Positions 1-12,574 of a stretch of DNA of 64,000 nt are shown in pieces. Position numbers and translations under genes: made by a program. The notes beneath the pieces are model-generated. The model worked only from the letters and a program-made list of their open reading frames with translations. It searched no databases and was not told the DNA's origin. Position 1 is the first letter of the stretch, and every line of letters starts with the position of its first letter. The stretch lies in the NCBI GenBank assembly GCA_964016885.1, contig OZ024750.1, positions 30,566,001 through 30,630,000 on the forward strand, in the 5' to 3' direction. Source of the stretch: Eledone cirrhosa (Eukaryota).

Positions 1-1685
1 TCCAGTGGTCATCAGCCCTCGGGGTGAACTTTGGCATTTTCGCCTGCTACGAACGCTACTGCTTATCTTCCATGTGTCACAGTGTCTGACACAAGCAACA
101 GTACTGCATCTCAGCAGTATTTTGGAATTCAGGTTCACATGTTTTTTAATTTGGTGATCTCTATGGCTTCAGCAATACACAGCTAGCACTTCCTCTGGGC
201 CGGAGATTCAGATTTTGCATGTTTAACCAAACTCCTGTACAACCTGAATCCGGTTTGCGAGTCTTTAAGTCTCCATAAAGGTATCGTATTGCTGTAGCCG
301 TGGAGATCACCAAATTAAAAAAAGTAGTGAACCTGAATGCTGAAATACTGCTGAGCTGCCGACATGCCAGAAACACAACATTCTTGGTCCTAGCATTCAA
401 GAATACCAACCCAACAAATGCTATCTTCAATTTAAATACTATTGTTTCAATTCATTTCACTTCATATATTCACCTTATTCATCAATCCCAAACAATCACT
501 TTTCATGGATCTCACTCAATTTCACCTTATTTCATTTTATATATTTCATTCCATTCATTTTATTCCTTATCCCTTTTCATCTCATCTCACCTAACTTCAA
601 ACAGCTCCATTCCTAAAACATAAAAACTTAAACACCAATTGATACCTGCCATTCATATTCGACCTCACCATCTCTACCTTTGCCACCTACCCCTTCATCT
701 TCTACTTTACCATCACCACCATCATGATCATCACAATCTTATTCACCAAAAACAACACAACCACCACCTCTTCCCCTCACTTCTATGCTTACCATTATCC
801 TTCATACCAATATGGCACCACCTGTCATTCTACTGGCAGCAAATTCATGCTGACCACTGTTTTAAATAATTGTTTCAACTTTTGGCACAAGGCCAGTAAT
901 TAGCCAGTGCATTACTGGTACTTTATTTTATCAACCCCGTAAGGATGAAAGGCAAAGTCAACCTCGGCGGGATTTGAACTCAGATTGTAAAGGGACGTAA
1001 CTATGCTGGAAAGCATGCGTCCGACCCTCTACCGATACTGCCAATTCACATTTTAAATAATACCACAGCTGGTCCCTTTTCATTTTCCCCAATTTTGATA
1101 TTTATAATTTCATCTAAAGAAAATGTTATGCCCCTCCTAATTGCAATTCTTTCCAATTCATAACCTCTGTCACATTGAAAACCACTTTTCACCATCTACC
1201 CACTGCTGTCTCCCATCCACCCACCATAACTAAATAACTGTTTCTACTTTAGGCACAAGGCCAGCAATTATCTCAGTGCATTACTGGTACTTTATTTTAT
1301 CGACCCCGTAAGGATGAAAGGCAAAGTCAACCTCGGCGGGATTTGAACTCGGATCGTAAAGGGACGTAACTATGCTGGAAAGCATCGCGTCCGACCCTCT
1401 ACCGATACTGCCAAACTAAAAACATATACATAAAAGGAACACAAGACATATGTCAATAGTTTGGATGGGACCACCCACGTAAACTCTCATATGTGAAGAT
1501 GTGTCCATTAAGAGTCAGGATCTGATTGCATGATCAAACTCGAGCTGATTGATATGGAAACAGACTTTGAAGTAAAATATAAGAGGAAGTGAGAATCACC
1601 ATAACTTTCCAGTTGGATGTATTGCAGAAAATACTTAAAATTACATTAAAGAGGACATAAAGAAAAACCTGATAAAAAGTGTTAG

Positions 1686-2096
1686 AGAGAGTGGCAGGGT
1701 GAAGGGAGAGAGCGAGAGTGGTGAAGGAAGAGTGAGAGAGAGTGACAGTGATAAAGGGAGAGTGAGAGAGAGTGACATTGGTGAAGGGGAAAGTGAGAGA
1801 GAGAGAGTGACAATAATGAAGGCAAAGTGAGAGAGAGTGAGAGTGGTGAAGGGAGAGTGAGAGAGAGTGACAGTGGTGAAGGGAGAGTGAGAGAGAGTGA
1901 CAGCGGTGAAGGGAGAGTGAGAGAGAGTGACAGATATGAAGGGAGAGTGAGAGAGAGAGTGAGTGACAATAATGAAGGCAAAGTGAAAGAGAGTGACAGG
2001 GGTGAAGGGGAGAGTGAGTGAAAGTGACAGTGGTAAAGGGAGAGTGAGAGAGAGAGTGACAGTGAAGGGAGAGTGAGAGAGAGAGTGACAGTGAAG
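1686..2096. repeat. GA-rich ~30-bp minisatellite (second copy about 6095-6540)
   Basis: Repeats of gggagagtgagagagagtgacagtggtgaa; source of the SLSLTLP ORFs. Confidence 0.95.
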
Positions 2097-2149
2097 AAAT
2101 GCAAGTACCAAACCATGATGGTTTCTACCACAGAAATAGTAAATGATGC

Positions 2150-2735
2150 TGATTCCACCGTGGACTCTTTCGGCCTCCACCCACTTTCCTGTCGCCACAG
2201 TGCCGGCCGCATTCCACGCCATGCTGCCCTCAAAGAGGTCATTAAGCAGGGCTTGGACGCTGCAGGCTTCCCTTCCCAGCTCGAGCCGGTGGGGCTGGAT
2301 CGAGGGGACGGCAAAAGGCCAGATGGAATGACCATCTTCCCGTTCCGCGGTGGCAAACCCCTCGTCTGGGATGCCACATGCACCGACACTTTCTGCAGCC
2401 GCAACCTGGTGCAGTCTGCGACTGACGCAGGTTCTGCTGAACGTCGGGCTTAGGGGGGGGGGCAGGGGAGGAGGGCCAAACTCCTCAAATACCAGTCGCT
2501 CTCCGACAGGTTTGCGGTCGTGCCCCTGGCAGTGGAGACTTCTGGTGTCCTCGGCCCCAGGGCTACCTCCTTACTCACCACCATAGGCACTGAGCTGGCC
2601 AGCCGCAGGTGTGAGCCCTGCGAGTTGGAGTCGCTTTTCCAGCGCGTCTCGCTTGCCGTCCTTGGGGGAAATGCCTTCTCCATTCTGTCTGCCGGAGCTG
2701 TGGGTGGGCCTCATCGCATACCAATACATTAGTTA
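2150..2735 (+). mobile_element. 3' fragment of a CRE-like non-LTR retrotransposon (restriction-like endonuclease domain), disrupted
   Basis: GC-rich island; HPLSC..GRIPRH, DGKRPDG..LVWDATC, KY, PLAVETSG, FQRVSLAVLGGNA; stop and poly-G break at 2451. Confidence 0.85.
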
Positions 2736-3135
2736 AATACCATTCTTTCATCTGATATATCTCTAAGTTATATAATTGTTATTTATACAAGCAGTAACAA
2801 CTGGATCATTTGGATGTAAAGCTATGAAATAAAGGACAGCTTTAACTGTTTAACATTTAAACCAAATGTATCCGGCCAGAATTCTTTCCACTTTTTGAAA
2901 CTGACAGTAACCCAGAGCTCACACTGATGTTAAGATATCTTCTTAAAATAAACAATAACACCATGAAAATCTGGTAGACTCGAGATAATTATGTAAGATA
3001 AAATCTTTACCATGAATATACAATAGTAAATATAGAGTAATGTAAATGCTAAGCGGTTAAATAGAAAAGATAAGGACCAGTGGAAAGGTAGCTGAAATTG
3101 CCTGTAAATATATCACTTTTGATATATATATATAC

Positions 3136-3177
3136 CTGTAAATGTTGGAATTGTAGGTTTTGTATTTGGATTTACTC
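3136..3177 (-). CDS. Micro-exon B2 (identical to B1)
   Basis: Same sequence as 7576-7617, 4440 bp away. Confidence 0.65.
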
Positions 3178-3318
3178 CTGGATAAATGAAAAAATAAGTA
3201 TCATGAAATAAAAATATTTTTGACTTAGTAACTCATAACATCCTCTACCACATAAGCTACATTAACAATATTCTTGAAACATACAAAACACCACTATGAC
3301 TACATCACATTAACTCTT

Positions 3319-3733
3319 AACACCCACAAAGTTATTAACCATCTCGCCAACAACAACCCTGAGCACCTTTTTGATCTCCATGTGTCTAACACACGTGGAC
3401 ATGCCTACAAAATCAGAAAACAGCACAGCTCCCGTGACTTTCGGAAACATTTTTTCACGCTCAGAGTTGCTGAAGCATGGAACAAACTACCTGTGTCAGT
3501 TGTTAGCTGCCGAGACACTGCATCCTTTAAAACCCTCATGCTTCACAAAATTCGCCAAAACTACACCTGATGTACCCCTTCCATACACATGCACACATGT
3601 GTATATCATGACTCATGCACTGTTCATTTTCCTGATGTTTGTACATTACCCTATGTACTATACATACACTTTTTGATGAGTTGTGGTGCACCTGAGCACT
3701 GTTCACAATATTTCAATATTATTATCATTATTC
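3319..3733 (+). mobile_element. CR1-group LINE 3' fragment (copy at 7759-8173)
   Basis: TRGHAYKIRK..RKHFFTLRVAEAWNKLP C-terminus plus (ATT)n tail; absent from the homologous site near 10293. Confidence 0.85.
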
Positions 3734-4065
3734 TATACCACATGGTGTACATTAGCAAGACATTCTTGAAAAGTACAAGACCGCATTCTACATCACATTA
3801 AAAACTGAAAACTGTATTTTAGTTTACTGTAAATTTTAACAATGATCTGTACAATAGTAAATATACTATAGACATTTTTATAAACAAACCTGTTTTTAGA
3901 TACTTTATTTTCAAACATTACAGGATGTTATGAGTGAAGGAAGAGAATGTTCTACATTAACTCTGCCTCATATCTTCCATCATTTGTGAAAAAAGTTGCC
4001 AAATAACCCTTCCCTCTCTCTCTCTCTCTCCCCATATATATATAAACATTGAGCAATGTACTAAC

Positions 4066-4107
4066 CTGTAAATGGAGTTGTGGAAACCGTTGTAGTGGAG
4101 CTACTTC
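4066..4107 (-). CDS. Micro-exon A2 (identical to A1)
   Basis: Same sequence as 8506-8547, 4440 bp away. Confidence 0.7.
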
Positions 4108-6592
4108 CTTTTAATTAAAAGAAAGAATGTTAAGGTTATAAAGTAAATTAATTTGATATTACATATAAATAATAGCAATATGAAACTAATTTCAGATTAC
4201 TCTTGAAAGATATTGTAAAGGAACTGTTTAAATTGGAAATGAATAGTTGTACTTCTGCTTTTTTTACTGTATTTTTGAGATGAGAAATTATCAACAAAAT
4301 ACACTGATATATTCAGACCAGTGTCATTATTTTGGTTGTTATAGTTACACTGTTCCGACTCCTTGACTCTGGTCATCTGCATAATAAAAATGCAACCGAA
4401 TGCCACAGAACTCCAGTGGTCATCAGCCCTCGGGGTGAACTTTGGCATTTTCGCCTGCTACGAATGCTACTGCTAATCTTCCCCGTGTCACAGTGTCTGA
4501 CACAAGCAACAGTACTGCATCTCAGCAGTATTTTGGAATTCAGGTTCACATGTTTTTTAATTTGGTGATCTCTATGGCTTCAGCAATACACAGCTAGCAC
4601 TTCCTCTGGGCCGGAGATTCAGATTTTGCATGTTTAACCAAACTCCTGTACAACCTGAATCCGGTTTGCGAGTCTTTAAGTCTCCATAAAGGTATCGTAT
4701 TGCTGTAGCCGTGGAGATCACCAAATTAAAAAAAGTAGTGAACCTGAATGCTGAAATACTGCTGAGCTGCCGACATGCCAGAAACACAACATTCTTGGTC
4801 CTAGCATTCAAGAATACCAACCCAACAAATGCTATCTACAATTTAAATACTATTGTTTCAATTCATTTCACTTCATATATTCACCTTATTCATCAATCCC
4901 AAACAATCACTTTTCATGGATCTCACTCAATTTCACCTTATTTCATTTTATTTATTTCATTCCATTCATTTTATTCCTTATCCCTTTTCATCTCATCTCA
5001 CCTAACTTCAAACAGCTCCATTCCTAAAACATAAAAACTTAAACACCAATTGATACCTGCCATTCATATTCGACCTCACCATCTCTACCTTTGCCACCTA
5101 CCCCTTCATCTTCTACTTTACCATCACCACCATCATGATCATCACAATCTTATTCACCAAAAACAACACAACCACCACCTCTTTCCCTCACTTCTATGCT
5201 TACCATTATCCTTCATACCAATATGGCACCACCTGTCATTCTACTGGCAGCAAATTCATGCTGACCACTGTTTTAAATAATTGTTTCAACTTTTGGCACA
5301 AGGCCAGTAATTAGCCAGTGCATTACTGGTACTTTATTTTATCAACCCCGTAAGGATGAAAGGCAAAGTCAACCTCGGCGGGATTTGAACTCAGATCGTA
5401 AAGGGACGTAACTATGCTGGAAAGCATGCGTCCGACCCTCTACCGATACTGCCAATTCACATTTTAAATAATACCACAGCTGGTCCCTTTTCATTTTCCC
5501 CAATTTTGATATTTATAATTTCATCTAAAGAAAATGTTATGCCCCTCCTAATTGCAATTCTTTCCAATTCATAACCTCTGTCACATTGAAAACCACTTTT
5601 CACCATCTACCCACTGCAGTCTCCCATCCACCCACCATAACTAAATAACTGTTTCTACTTTAGGCACAAGGCCAGCAATTATCTCAGTGCATTACTGGTA
5701 CTTTATTTTATCGACCCCGTAAGGATGAAAGGCAAAGTCAACCTCGGCGGGATTTGAACTCGGATCGTAAAGGGACGTAACTATGCTGGAAAGCATCGCG
5801 TCCGACCCTCTACCGATACTGCCAAACTAAAAACATATACATAAAAGGAACACAAGACATATGTCAATAGTTTGGATGGGACCACCCACGTAAACTCTCA
5901 TATGTGAAGATGTGTCCATTAAGAGTCAGGATCTGATTGCATGATCAAACTCGAGCTGATTGATATGGAAACAGACTTTGAAGTAAAATATAAGAGGAAG
6001 TGAGAATCACCATAACTTTCAAGTTGGATGTATTGCAGAAAATACTTAAAATTACATTAAAGAGGACATAAAGAAAAACCTGATAAAAAGTGTTAGAGAG
6101 AGTGGCAGGGTGAAGGGAGAGAGCGAGAGTGGTGAAGGAAGAGTGAGAGAGAGTGACAGTGATAAAGGGAGAGTGAGAGAGAGTGACATTGGTGAAGGGG
6201 AAAGTGAGAGAGAGAGAGTGACAATAATGAAGGCAAAGTGAGAGAGAGTGAGAGTGGTGAAGGGAGAGTGAGAGAGAGTGACAGTGGTGAAGGGAGAGTG
6301 AGAGAGAGTGACAGCGGTGAAGGGAGAGTGAGAGAGAGAGTGACAGCGGTGAAGGGAGAGTGAGAGAGAGTGACAGATATGAAGGGAGAGTGAGAGAGAG
6401 AGTGAGTGACAATAATGAAGGCAAAGTGAAAGAGAGTGACAGGGGTGAAGGGGAGAGTGAGTGAAAGTGACAGTGGTAAAGGGAGAGTGAGAGAGAGAGT
6501 GACAGTGAAGGGAGAGTGAGAGAGAGAGTGACAGTGAAGAAATGCAAGTACCAAACCATGATGGTTTCTACCACAGAAATAGTAAATGATGC

Positions 6593-7175
6593 TGATTCCA
6601 CCGTGGACTCTTTCGGCCTCCACCCACTTTCCTGTCGCCACAGTGCCGGCCGCATTCCACACCATGCTGCCCTCAAAGAGGTCATTAAGCAGGGCTTGGA
6701 CGCTGCAGGCTTCCCTTCCCAGCTCGAGCCGGTGGGGCTGGATCGAGGGGATGGCAAAAGGCCAGATGGAATGACCATCTTCCCGTTCCGCGGTGGCAAA
6801 CCCCTCGTCTGGGATGGCACATGCACCGACACTTTCTGCAGCCGCAACCTGGTGCAGTCTGCGACTGACGCAGGTTCTGCTGAACGTCGGGCTTAGGGGG
6901 GGGGGGAGGGGAGGGCCAAACTCCTCAAATACCAGTCGCTTTCCGACAGGTTTGCGGTCGTGCCCCTGGCAGTGGAGACTTCTGGTGTCCTCGGCCCCAG
7001 GGCTACCTCCTTACTCACCACCATAGGCACTGAGCTGGCCAGCCGCAGGTGTGAGCCCTGCGAGTTGGAGTCGCTTTTCCAGCGCGTCTCGCTTGCCGTC
7101 CTTGGGGGAAATGCCTTCTCCATTCTGTCTGCCGGAGCTGTGGGTGGGCCTCATCGCATACCAATACATTAGTTA
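6593..7175 (+). mobile_element. Second copy of the CRE-like RLE fragment
   Basis: Duplicate of 2150-2735 within the tandem unit. Confidence 0.85.
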
Positions 7176-7575
7176 AATACCATTCTTTCATCTGATATAT
7201 CTCTAAGTTATATAATTGTTATTTATACAAGCAGTAACAACTGGATCATTTGGATGTAAAGCTATGAAATAAAGGACAGCTTTAACTGTTTAACATTTAA
7301 ACCAAATGTATCCGGCCAGAATTCTTTCCACTTTTTGAAACTGACAGTAACCCAGAGCTCACACTGATGTTAAGATATCTTCTTAAAATAAACAATAACA
7401 CCATGAAAATCTGGTAGACTCGAGATAATTATGTAAGATAAAATCTTTACCATGAATATACAATAGTAAATATAGAGTAATGTAAATGCTAAGCGGTTAA
7501 ATAGAAAAGATAAGGACCAGTGGAAAGGTAGCTGAAATTGCCTGTAAATATATCACTTTTGATATATATATATAC

Positions 7576-7617
7576 CTGTAAATGTTGGAATTGTAGGTTT
7601 TGTATTTGGATTTACTC
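7576..7617 (-). CDS. Pro/Thr-rich micro-exon B1 (42 nt)
   Basis: ttttttcatttatccag acceptor, CAG|gtatat donor; phase 1-1; GVNPNTKPTIPTFT; ends TTT ACA G like exon A. Confidence 0.65.
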
Positions 7618-8505
7618 CTGGATAAATGAAAAAATAAGTATCATGAAATAAAAATATTTTTGACTTAGTAACTCATAACATCCTCTACCACATAAGCTAC
7701 ATTAACAATATTCTTGAAACATACAAAACACCACTATGACTACATCACATTAACTCTTAACACCCACAAAGTTATTAACCATCTCGCCAACAACAACCCT
7801 GAGCACCTTTTTGATCTCCATGTGTCTAACACACGTGGACATGCCTACAAAATCAGAAAACAGCACAGCTCCCGTGACTTTCGGAAACATTTTTTCACGC
7901 TCAGAGTTGCTGAAGCATGGAACAAACTACCTGCGTCAGTTGTTAGCTGCCGAGACACTGCATCCTTTAAAACCCTCATGCTTCACAAAATTCGCCAAAA
8001 CTACACCTGATGTACCCCTTCCATACACATGCACACATGTGTATATCATGACTCATGCACTGTTCATTTTCCTGATGTTTGTACATTACCCTATGTACTA
8101 TACATACACTTTTTGATGAGTTGTGGTGCACCTGAGCACTGTTCACAATATTTCAATATTATTATCATTATTCTATACCACATGGTGTACATTAGCAAGA
8201 CATTCTTGAAAAGTACAAGACCGCATTCTACATCACATTAAAAACTGAAAACTGTATTTTAGTTTACTGTAAATTTTAACAATGATCTGTACAATAGTAA
8301 ATATACTATAGACATTTTTATAAACAAACCTGTTTTTAGATACTTTATTTTCAAACATTACAGGATGCTATGAGTGAAGGAAGAGAATGTTCTACATTAA
8401 CTCTGCCTCATATCTTCCATCATTTGTGAAAAAAGTTGCCAAATAACCCTTCCCTCTCTCTCTCTCTCTCCCCATATATATATAAACATTGAGCAATGTA
8501 CTAAC

Positions 8506-8547
8506 CTGTAAATGGAGTTGTGGAAACCGTTGTAGTGGAGCTACTTC
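8506..8547 (-). CDS. Ser/Thr-rich micro-exon A1 (42 nt)
   Basis: taaaag acceptor, CAG|gttagt donor; phase 1-1; GSSSTTTVSTTPFT. Confidence 0.7.
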
Positions 8548-10998
8548 CTTTTAATTAAAAGAAAGAATGTTAAGGTTATAAAGTAAATTAATTTGATATT
8601 ACATATAAATAATAGCAATATGAAACTAATTTCAGATTACTCTTGAAAGATATTGTAAAGGAACTGTTTAAATTGGAAATGAATAGTTGTACCTCTGCTT
8701 TTTTTACTGTATTTTTGAGATGAGAAATTATCAACAAAATACACTGATATATTCAGACCAGTGTCATTATTTTGGTTGTTATAGTTACACTGTTCCGACT
8801 CCTTGCCTCTGGTCATCTGCATAATAAAAATGCAACCGAATGCCACAGAACTCCAGTGGTCATCAGCCCTCGGGGTGAACTTTGGCATTTTCGCCTGCTA
8901 CGAACGCTACTGCTTATCTTCCCTGTGTCACAGTGTCTGACACAAGCAACAGTACTGCATCTCAGCAGTATTTTGGAATTCAGGTTCACATGTTTTTTAA
9001 TTTGGTGATCTCTATGGCTTCAGCAATACACAGCTAGCACTTCCTCTGGGCCGGAGATTCAGATTTTGCATGTTTAACCAAACTCCTGTACAACCTGAAT
9101 CCGGTTTGCGAGTCTTTAAGTCTCCATAAAGGTATCGTATTGCTGTAGCCGTGGAGATCACCAAATTAAAAAAAGTAGTGAACCTGAATGCTGAAATACT
9201 GCTGAGCTGCCGACATGCCAGAAACACAACATTCTTGGTCCTAGCATTCAAGAATACCAACCCAACAAATGCTATCTTCAATTTAAATACTATTGTTTCA
9301 ATTCATTTCACTTCATATATTCACCTTATTCATCAATCCCAAACAATCACTTTTCATGGATCTCACTCAATTTCACCTTATTTCATTTTATTTATTTCAT
9401 TCCATTCATTTTATTCCTTATCCCTTTTCATCTCATCTCACCTAACTTCAAACAGCTCCATTCCTAAAACATAAAAACTTAAACACCAATTGATACCTGC
9501 CATTCATATTCGACCTCACCATCTCTACCTTTGCCACCTTCCTTTTCATCTTCTACTTTACCATCACCACCATCATGATCATCACAATCTTATTCACCAA
9601 AAACAACACAACCACCACCTCTTCCCCTCACTTCTATGCTTACCATTATCCTTCATACCAATATGGCACCACCTGTCATTCTACTGGCAGCAAATTCATG
9701 CTGACCACTGTTTTAAATAATTGTTTCTACTTTTGGCAGTATTACTGGTACTTTATTTTATCGACCCCGTAAGGATGAAAGGCAAAGTCAACCTCGGCGG
9801 AATTTGAACTCAGATCGTAAAGGGACGTAACTATGCTGGAAAGCATGCGTCCGACCCTCTACCGATACTGCCAATTCACATTTTAAATAATACCACAGCT
9901 GGTCCCTTTTCATTTTCCCCAATTTTGATATTTATAATTTCATCTAAAGAAAATGTTATGCTCCTCCTAATTGCAATTCTTTCCAATTCATAACCTCTGT
10001 CACATTGAAAACCACTTTTCACCATCTACCCACTCTTGTCTCCCACCCACCCACCATAACCAAATAACCAAATAACATGTACATAAAAGGAACACAAGAC
10101 ATATGTCAATAGTTTGGATGGGACCACCCATGTAAACTCTCTGATATGAAGAAGTGTCCATTAAATACAATCACCCTTGAAATAAAAATATTTGGATTTA
10201 GTAACTCATAACATCCTCTACCACATGAGCTACATTAACACAACATTCTTGAAAAATACAAAACAGCACTATGACTACATCACATTAACTCTTCACATTC
10301 TATTCCACATGGTGTACATAACAAGACATTCTTGAAAAGTACAAAACAGTAGTATGATTATACTACATTGAACAATGAAATCTTTATTTCAGTTTACTGC
10401 AAATTTTAACAATGATCTGTACTCTAGGAAATATACTATAAACATTTTAGTTAACACACCTCATTTAAAATACTTTATGTTGAATCATTTCAGGACGTTT
10501 AGAATTGAGGATGAGAAATTTGTATGTTAACTCAGTCTTATATCTTCCATCACTTATGAAAAAAATCCCCAAATAACCCCTGCCCTTTCTGTCAATCTTT
10601 ACTCCCCACCTCTCTCTCTCTATATACATATATATATATAATAGGTTAGCGGGACTAGCATAAGGTTTCCCCGCTACTACCGGTTGCATCTCAGCGTAAT
10701 TAATATCTAAGGAGAACATGCTTTTGTTTCATCATTTGAGTCTGTTTTTGAACATCATCCATTTCATTATCATCATGGGGCTGAAGTTGTTCACCTCCAC
10801 ATGGTGGGCTCTGGAAACTGATCATTGATCCCTGATCTGAATCAGGAAAATGACAACAATCTGAGACAGGAACAGTCTCATATACAAGAAGAAGAAGAAG
10901 ATGATCACCTATTTTCTATGATTACATAGGTTAGATGGCTATCTCATGCTAAAGTTAAATTGGACAGGTAATTAGTTCCTACTAGTATACTTTATTTT

Positions 10999-11390
10999 GG
11001 CTTGGTTTCTACAGCTGGATGTCCTTTCTAACACCTACCATTTCACAGTGTATACTGAGAGCTTGGTTTCTACAGCTGGATGTCCTTCCTAGCACCAACC
11101 ACTTCACAGTGTATACTGAGAGCTTGGCTTTTACAGCTGGATGTCCTTCCTAGCACCAACCACTTCACAGTGTATACTGAGAGCTTGGCTTTTACAGCTG
11201 GATGTCCTTCCTAGCACCAACCACTTCACAGTGTATACTGAGAGCTTGGCTTTTACAGCTGAATGTCCTTCCTAGCACCAACCACTTTACAGTGTATACT
11301 GAGAGCTTGGCTTTTACAGCTGAATGTCCTTCCTAGCACCAACCACTTTACAGTGTATACTGAGAGCTTGGTTTCTACAGCTGGATGCCC
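10999..11390. repeat. 61-bp minisatellite, about 6.5 copies, derived from the SINE A / RTE 3' UTR segment
   Basis: Unit gcttggtttctacagctggatgtccttcctagcaccaaccacttcacagtgtatactgaga. Confidence 0.93.
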
Positions 11391-11740
11391 TTATACCAAC
11401 TACTTACCTATAATCTCTATCTTGTCATAAACAAACCATAAAAATATTCAGACCTCCACAGTCGATCTACTTATGTAAAAATACACCAGTTTGCGTATAG
11501 ATTCATACATAGAGACACACATACTGAGTTAGGTGTACACACACACATACTGAGATGCATGACAAGCAAAAAAACATGAAATTCAGAGGAGCAACAGGGA
11601 CTAATCTCAGCAATATTTTATCCTTGTTGGTTTTAAGTCTGTTTTCCATGCTTGCATGTGTTATATTGCTGAGATAGGAGCTGGAGCTAGCTGGATTGTA
11701 AACAGATAGCTTTGAGAAACTTAATCTCTCTCTCTCTCTA

Positions 11741-12470
11741 AATATCTATATATCTAGGGTGGGTAAAATTCCCAAGATCCAAGGACGAGTTCTCTCCAGT
11801 GGTCTCTGTCCCTCATTATTGCTGCCATGTCCTGCGTCTCCAACAGACCAGTGTCTGTCCTTAGGGCATCAACATACATTAACCTTGGTCTTCCTCTTCC
11901 AGTGTGTCCATGCAGGTACTCCCACAGGAGCACTGAGTGCAATGTCAACTCTGGATGTTGGTGAGCATGTCCAGCTAACCCCAGTCTCCTCTGTGTCACT
12001 TTTGAGCTGACTTTTGGGAGGCTCCCATACAGCTCTGAGTTTTTCATCCTCAGTGTATACAGCATTCTCGTGTAGCACCCATCCACCATCTGAGTGAGTT
12101 TCTTGGTCAGTGTCCAAGTCTCAGACCCATACAGCAGCACAGACTCCACTACAGCAATGAAGAGGCGGATCTTCAGGTCTTCACGACAAATACAGTGAAG
12201 GAGGCAGAGGATTTGATGCAGGAAGTTGAGACTGTGTCGATAAGTGTGGGGCTGAGAATGAATGAGACTAAGACAAAATGTCTGGTAGAGAATGCTGAGA
12301 AGCCAGAGGGGATTACTAATGTAGGCGGGAAGCCGCTGGAATTAGTTGAGGACTTCCTGTATTTGGGAGCAAATATTAGGAATACGGAAGATGATGTGGT
12401 TGAGAAGAAGAGCAAAGCCTGGGCGGCGTGCCACAGTTTGAGATCGGTGTTGAAGTTGAACCTTCGTGAA
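11741..12470 (-). mobile_element. RTE-group LINE 3' fragment with an inverted 5' segment (12188-12470 on +)
   Basis: Minus part REDLKIRLFIAVVESVLLYGSETW..GRPR; plus part GLRMNETKTK..FLYLG..AWAACHSL is the immediately upstream coding sequence. Confidence 0.85.
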
Positions 12471-12523
12471 ATATATATATATATATATATATACATGTTA
12501 TATACATTGAGCAATGTACTGAC

Positions 12524-12574
12524 CTATAAATGGAGTCGTTACTGAGGCCACCAGTGTAGTGAATTCTGTTGTTG
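12524..12574 (-). CDS. Thr-rich micro-exon A0 (51 nt)
   Basis: pyrimidine tract then tttaag acceptor, AG|gtcagt donor; phase 1-1; TTTEFTTLVASVTTPFI; flanks homologous to exons at 8506 and 4066. Confidence 0.7.

Larger units (their letters stand above)
1..9720. repeat. Tandem segmental duplication, unit 4411-4440 bp, 2.2 near-identical copies visible, probably continuing left of the window
   Basis: tccagtggtcatcagccc at 1, 4412 and 8852; copies differ by scattered substitutions, poly-G length and one minisatellite unit. A more diverged unit continues to about 12820. Confidence 0.97.

Noticed and set aside
161-869. Short ORFs repeated in each tandem unit
   Set aside because: No domain or splice support; they recur only because the DNA is duplicated.
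1641-2404. SLSLTLP/SHSPF ORFs (also 5945-6847) as a mucin exon
   Set aside because: Open in several frames because of the minisatellite, partly antisense to the CRE fragment, no convincing splice sites.
2789-2821. Candidate third micro-exon ALHPNDPVVTA (also 7229-7261) with a good acceptor
   Set aside because: Weak T|gtataa donor, and joining to exon A would create T|GA, a stop codon.
3079-3102. Candidate 24-nt exon after tttacag
   Set aside because: Only a poor gtcctt donor and an implausibly short intron from exon B.
4400-4430. CTGATGA followed by a ccac/gtgg stem (minus strand, in each tandem unit)
   Set aside because: No GAAA after stem II. Similar lone cores at 26988, 57723 and 62289 also fail.
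10999-11390. CRISPR-like appearance of regular repeats (also 56007-56600)
   Set aside because: No unique spacers, no cas genes, eukaryotic intron.
11408-11480. Strong minus-strand donor AG|gtaagt
   Set aside because: Upstream sequence has a stop in the required phase-1 frame.
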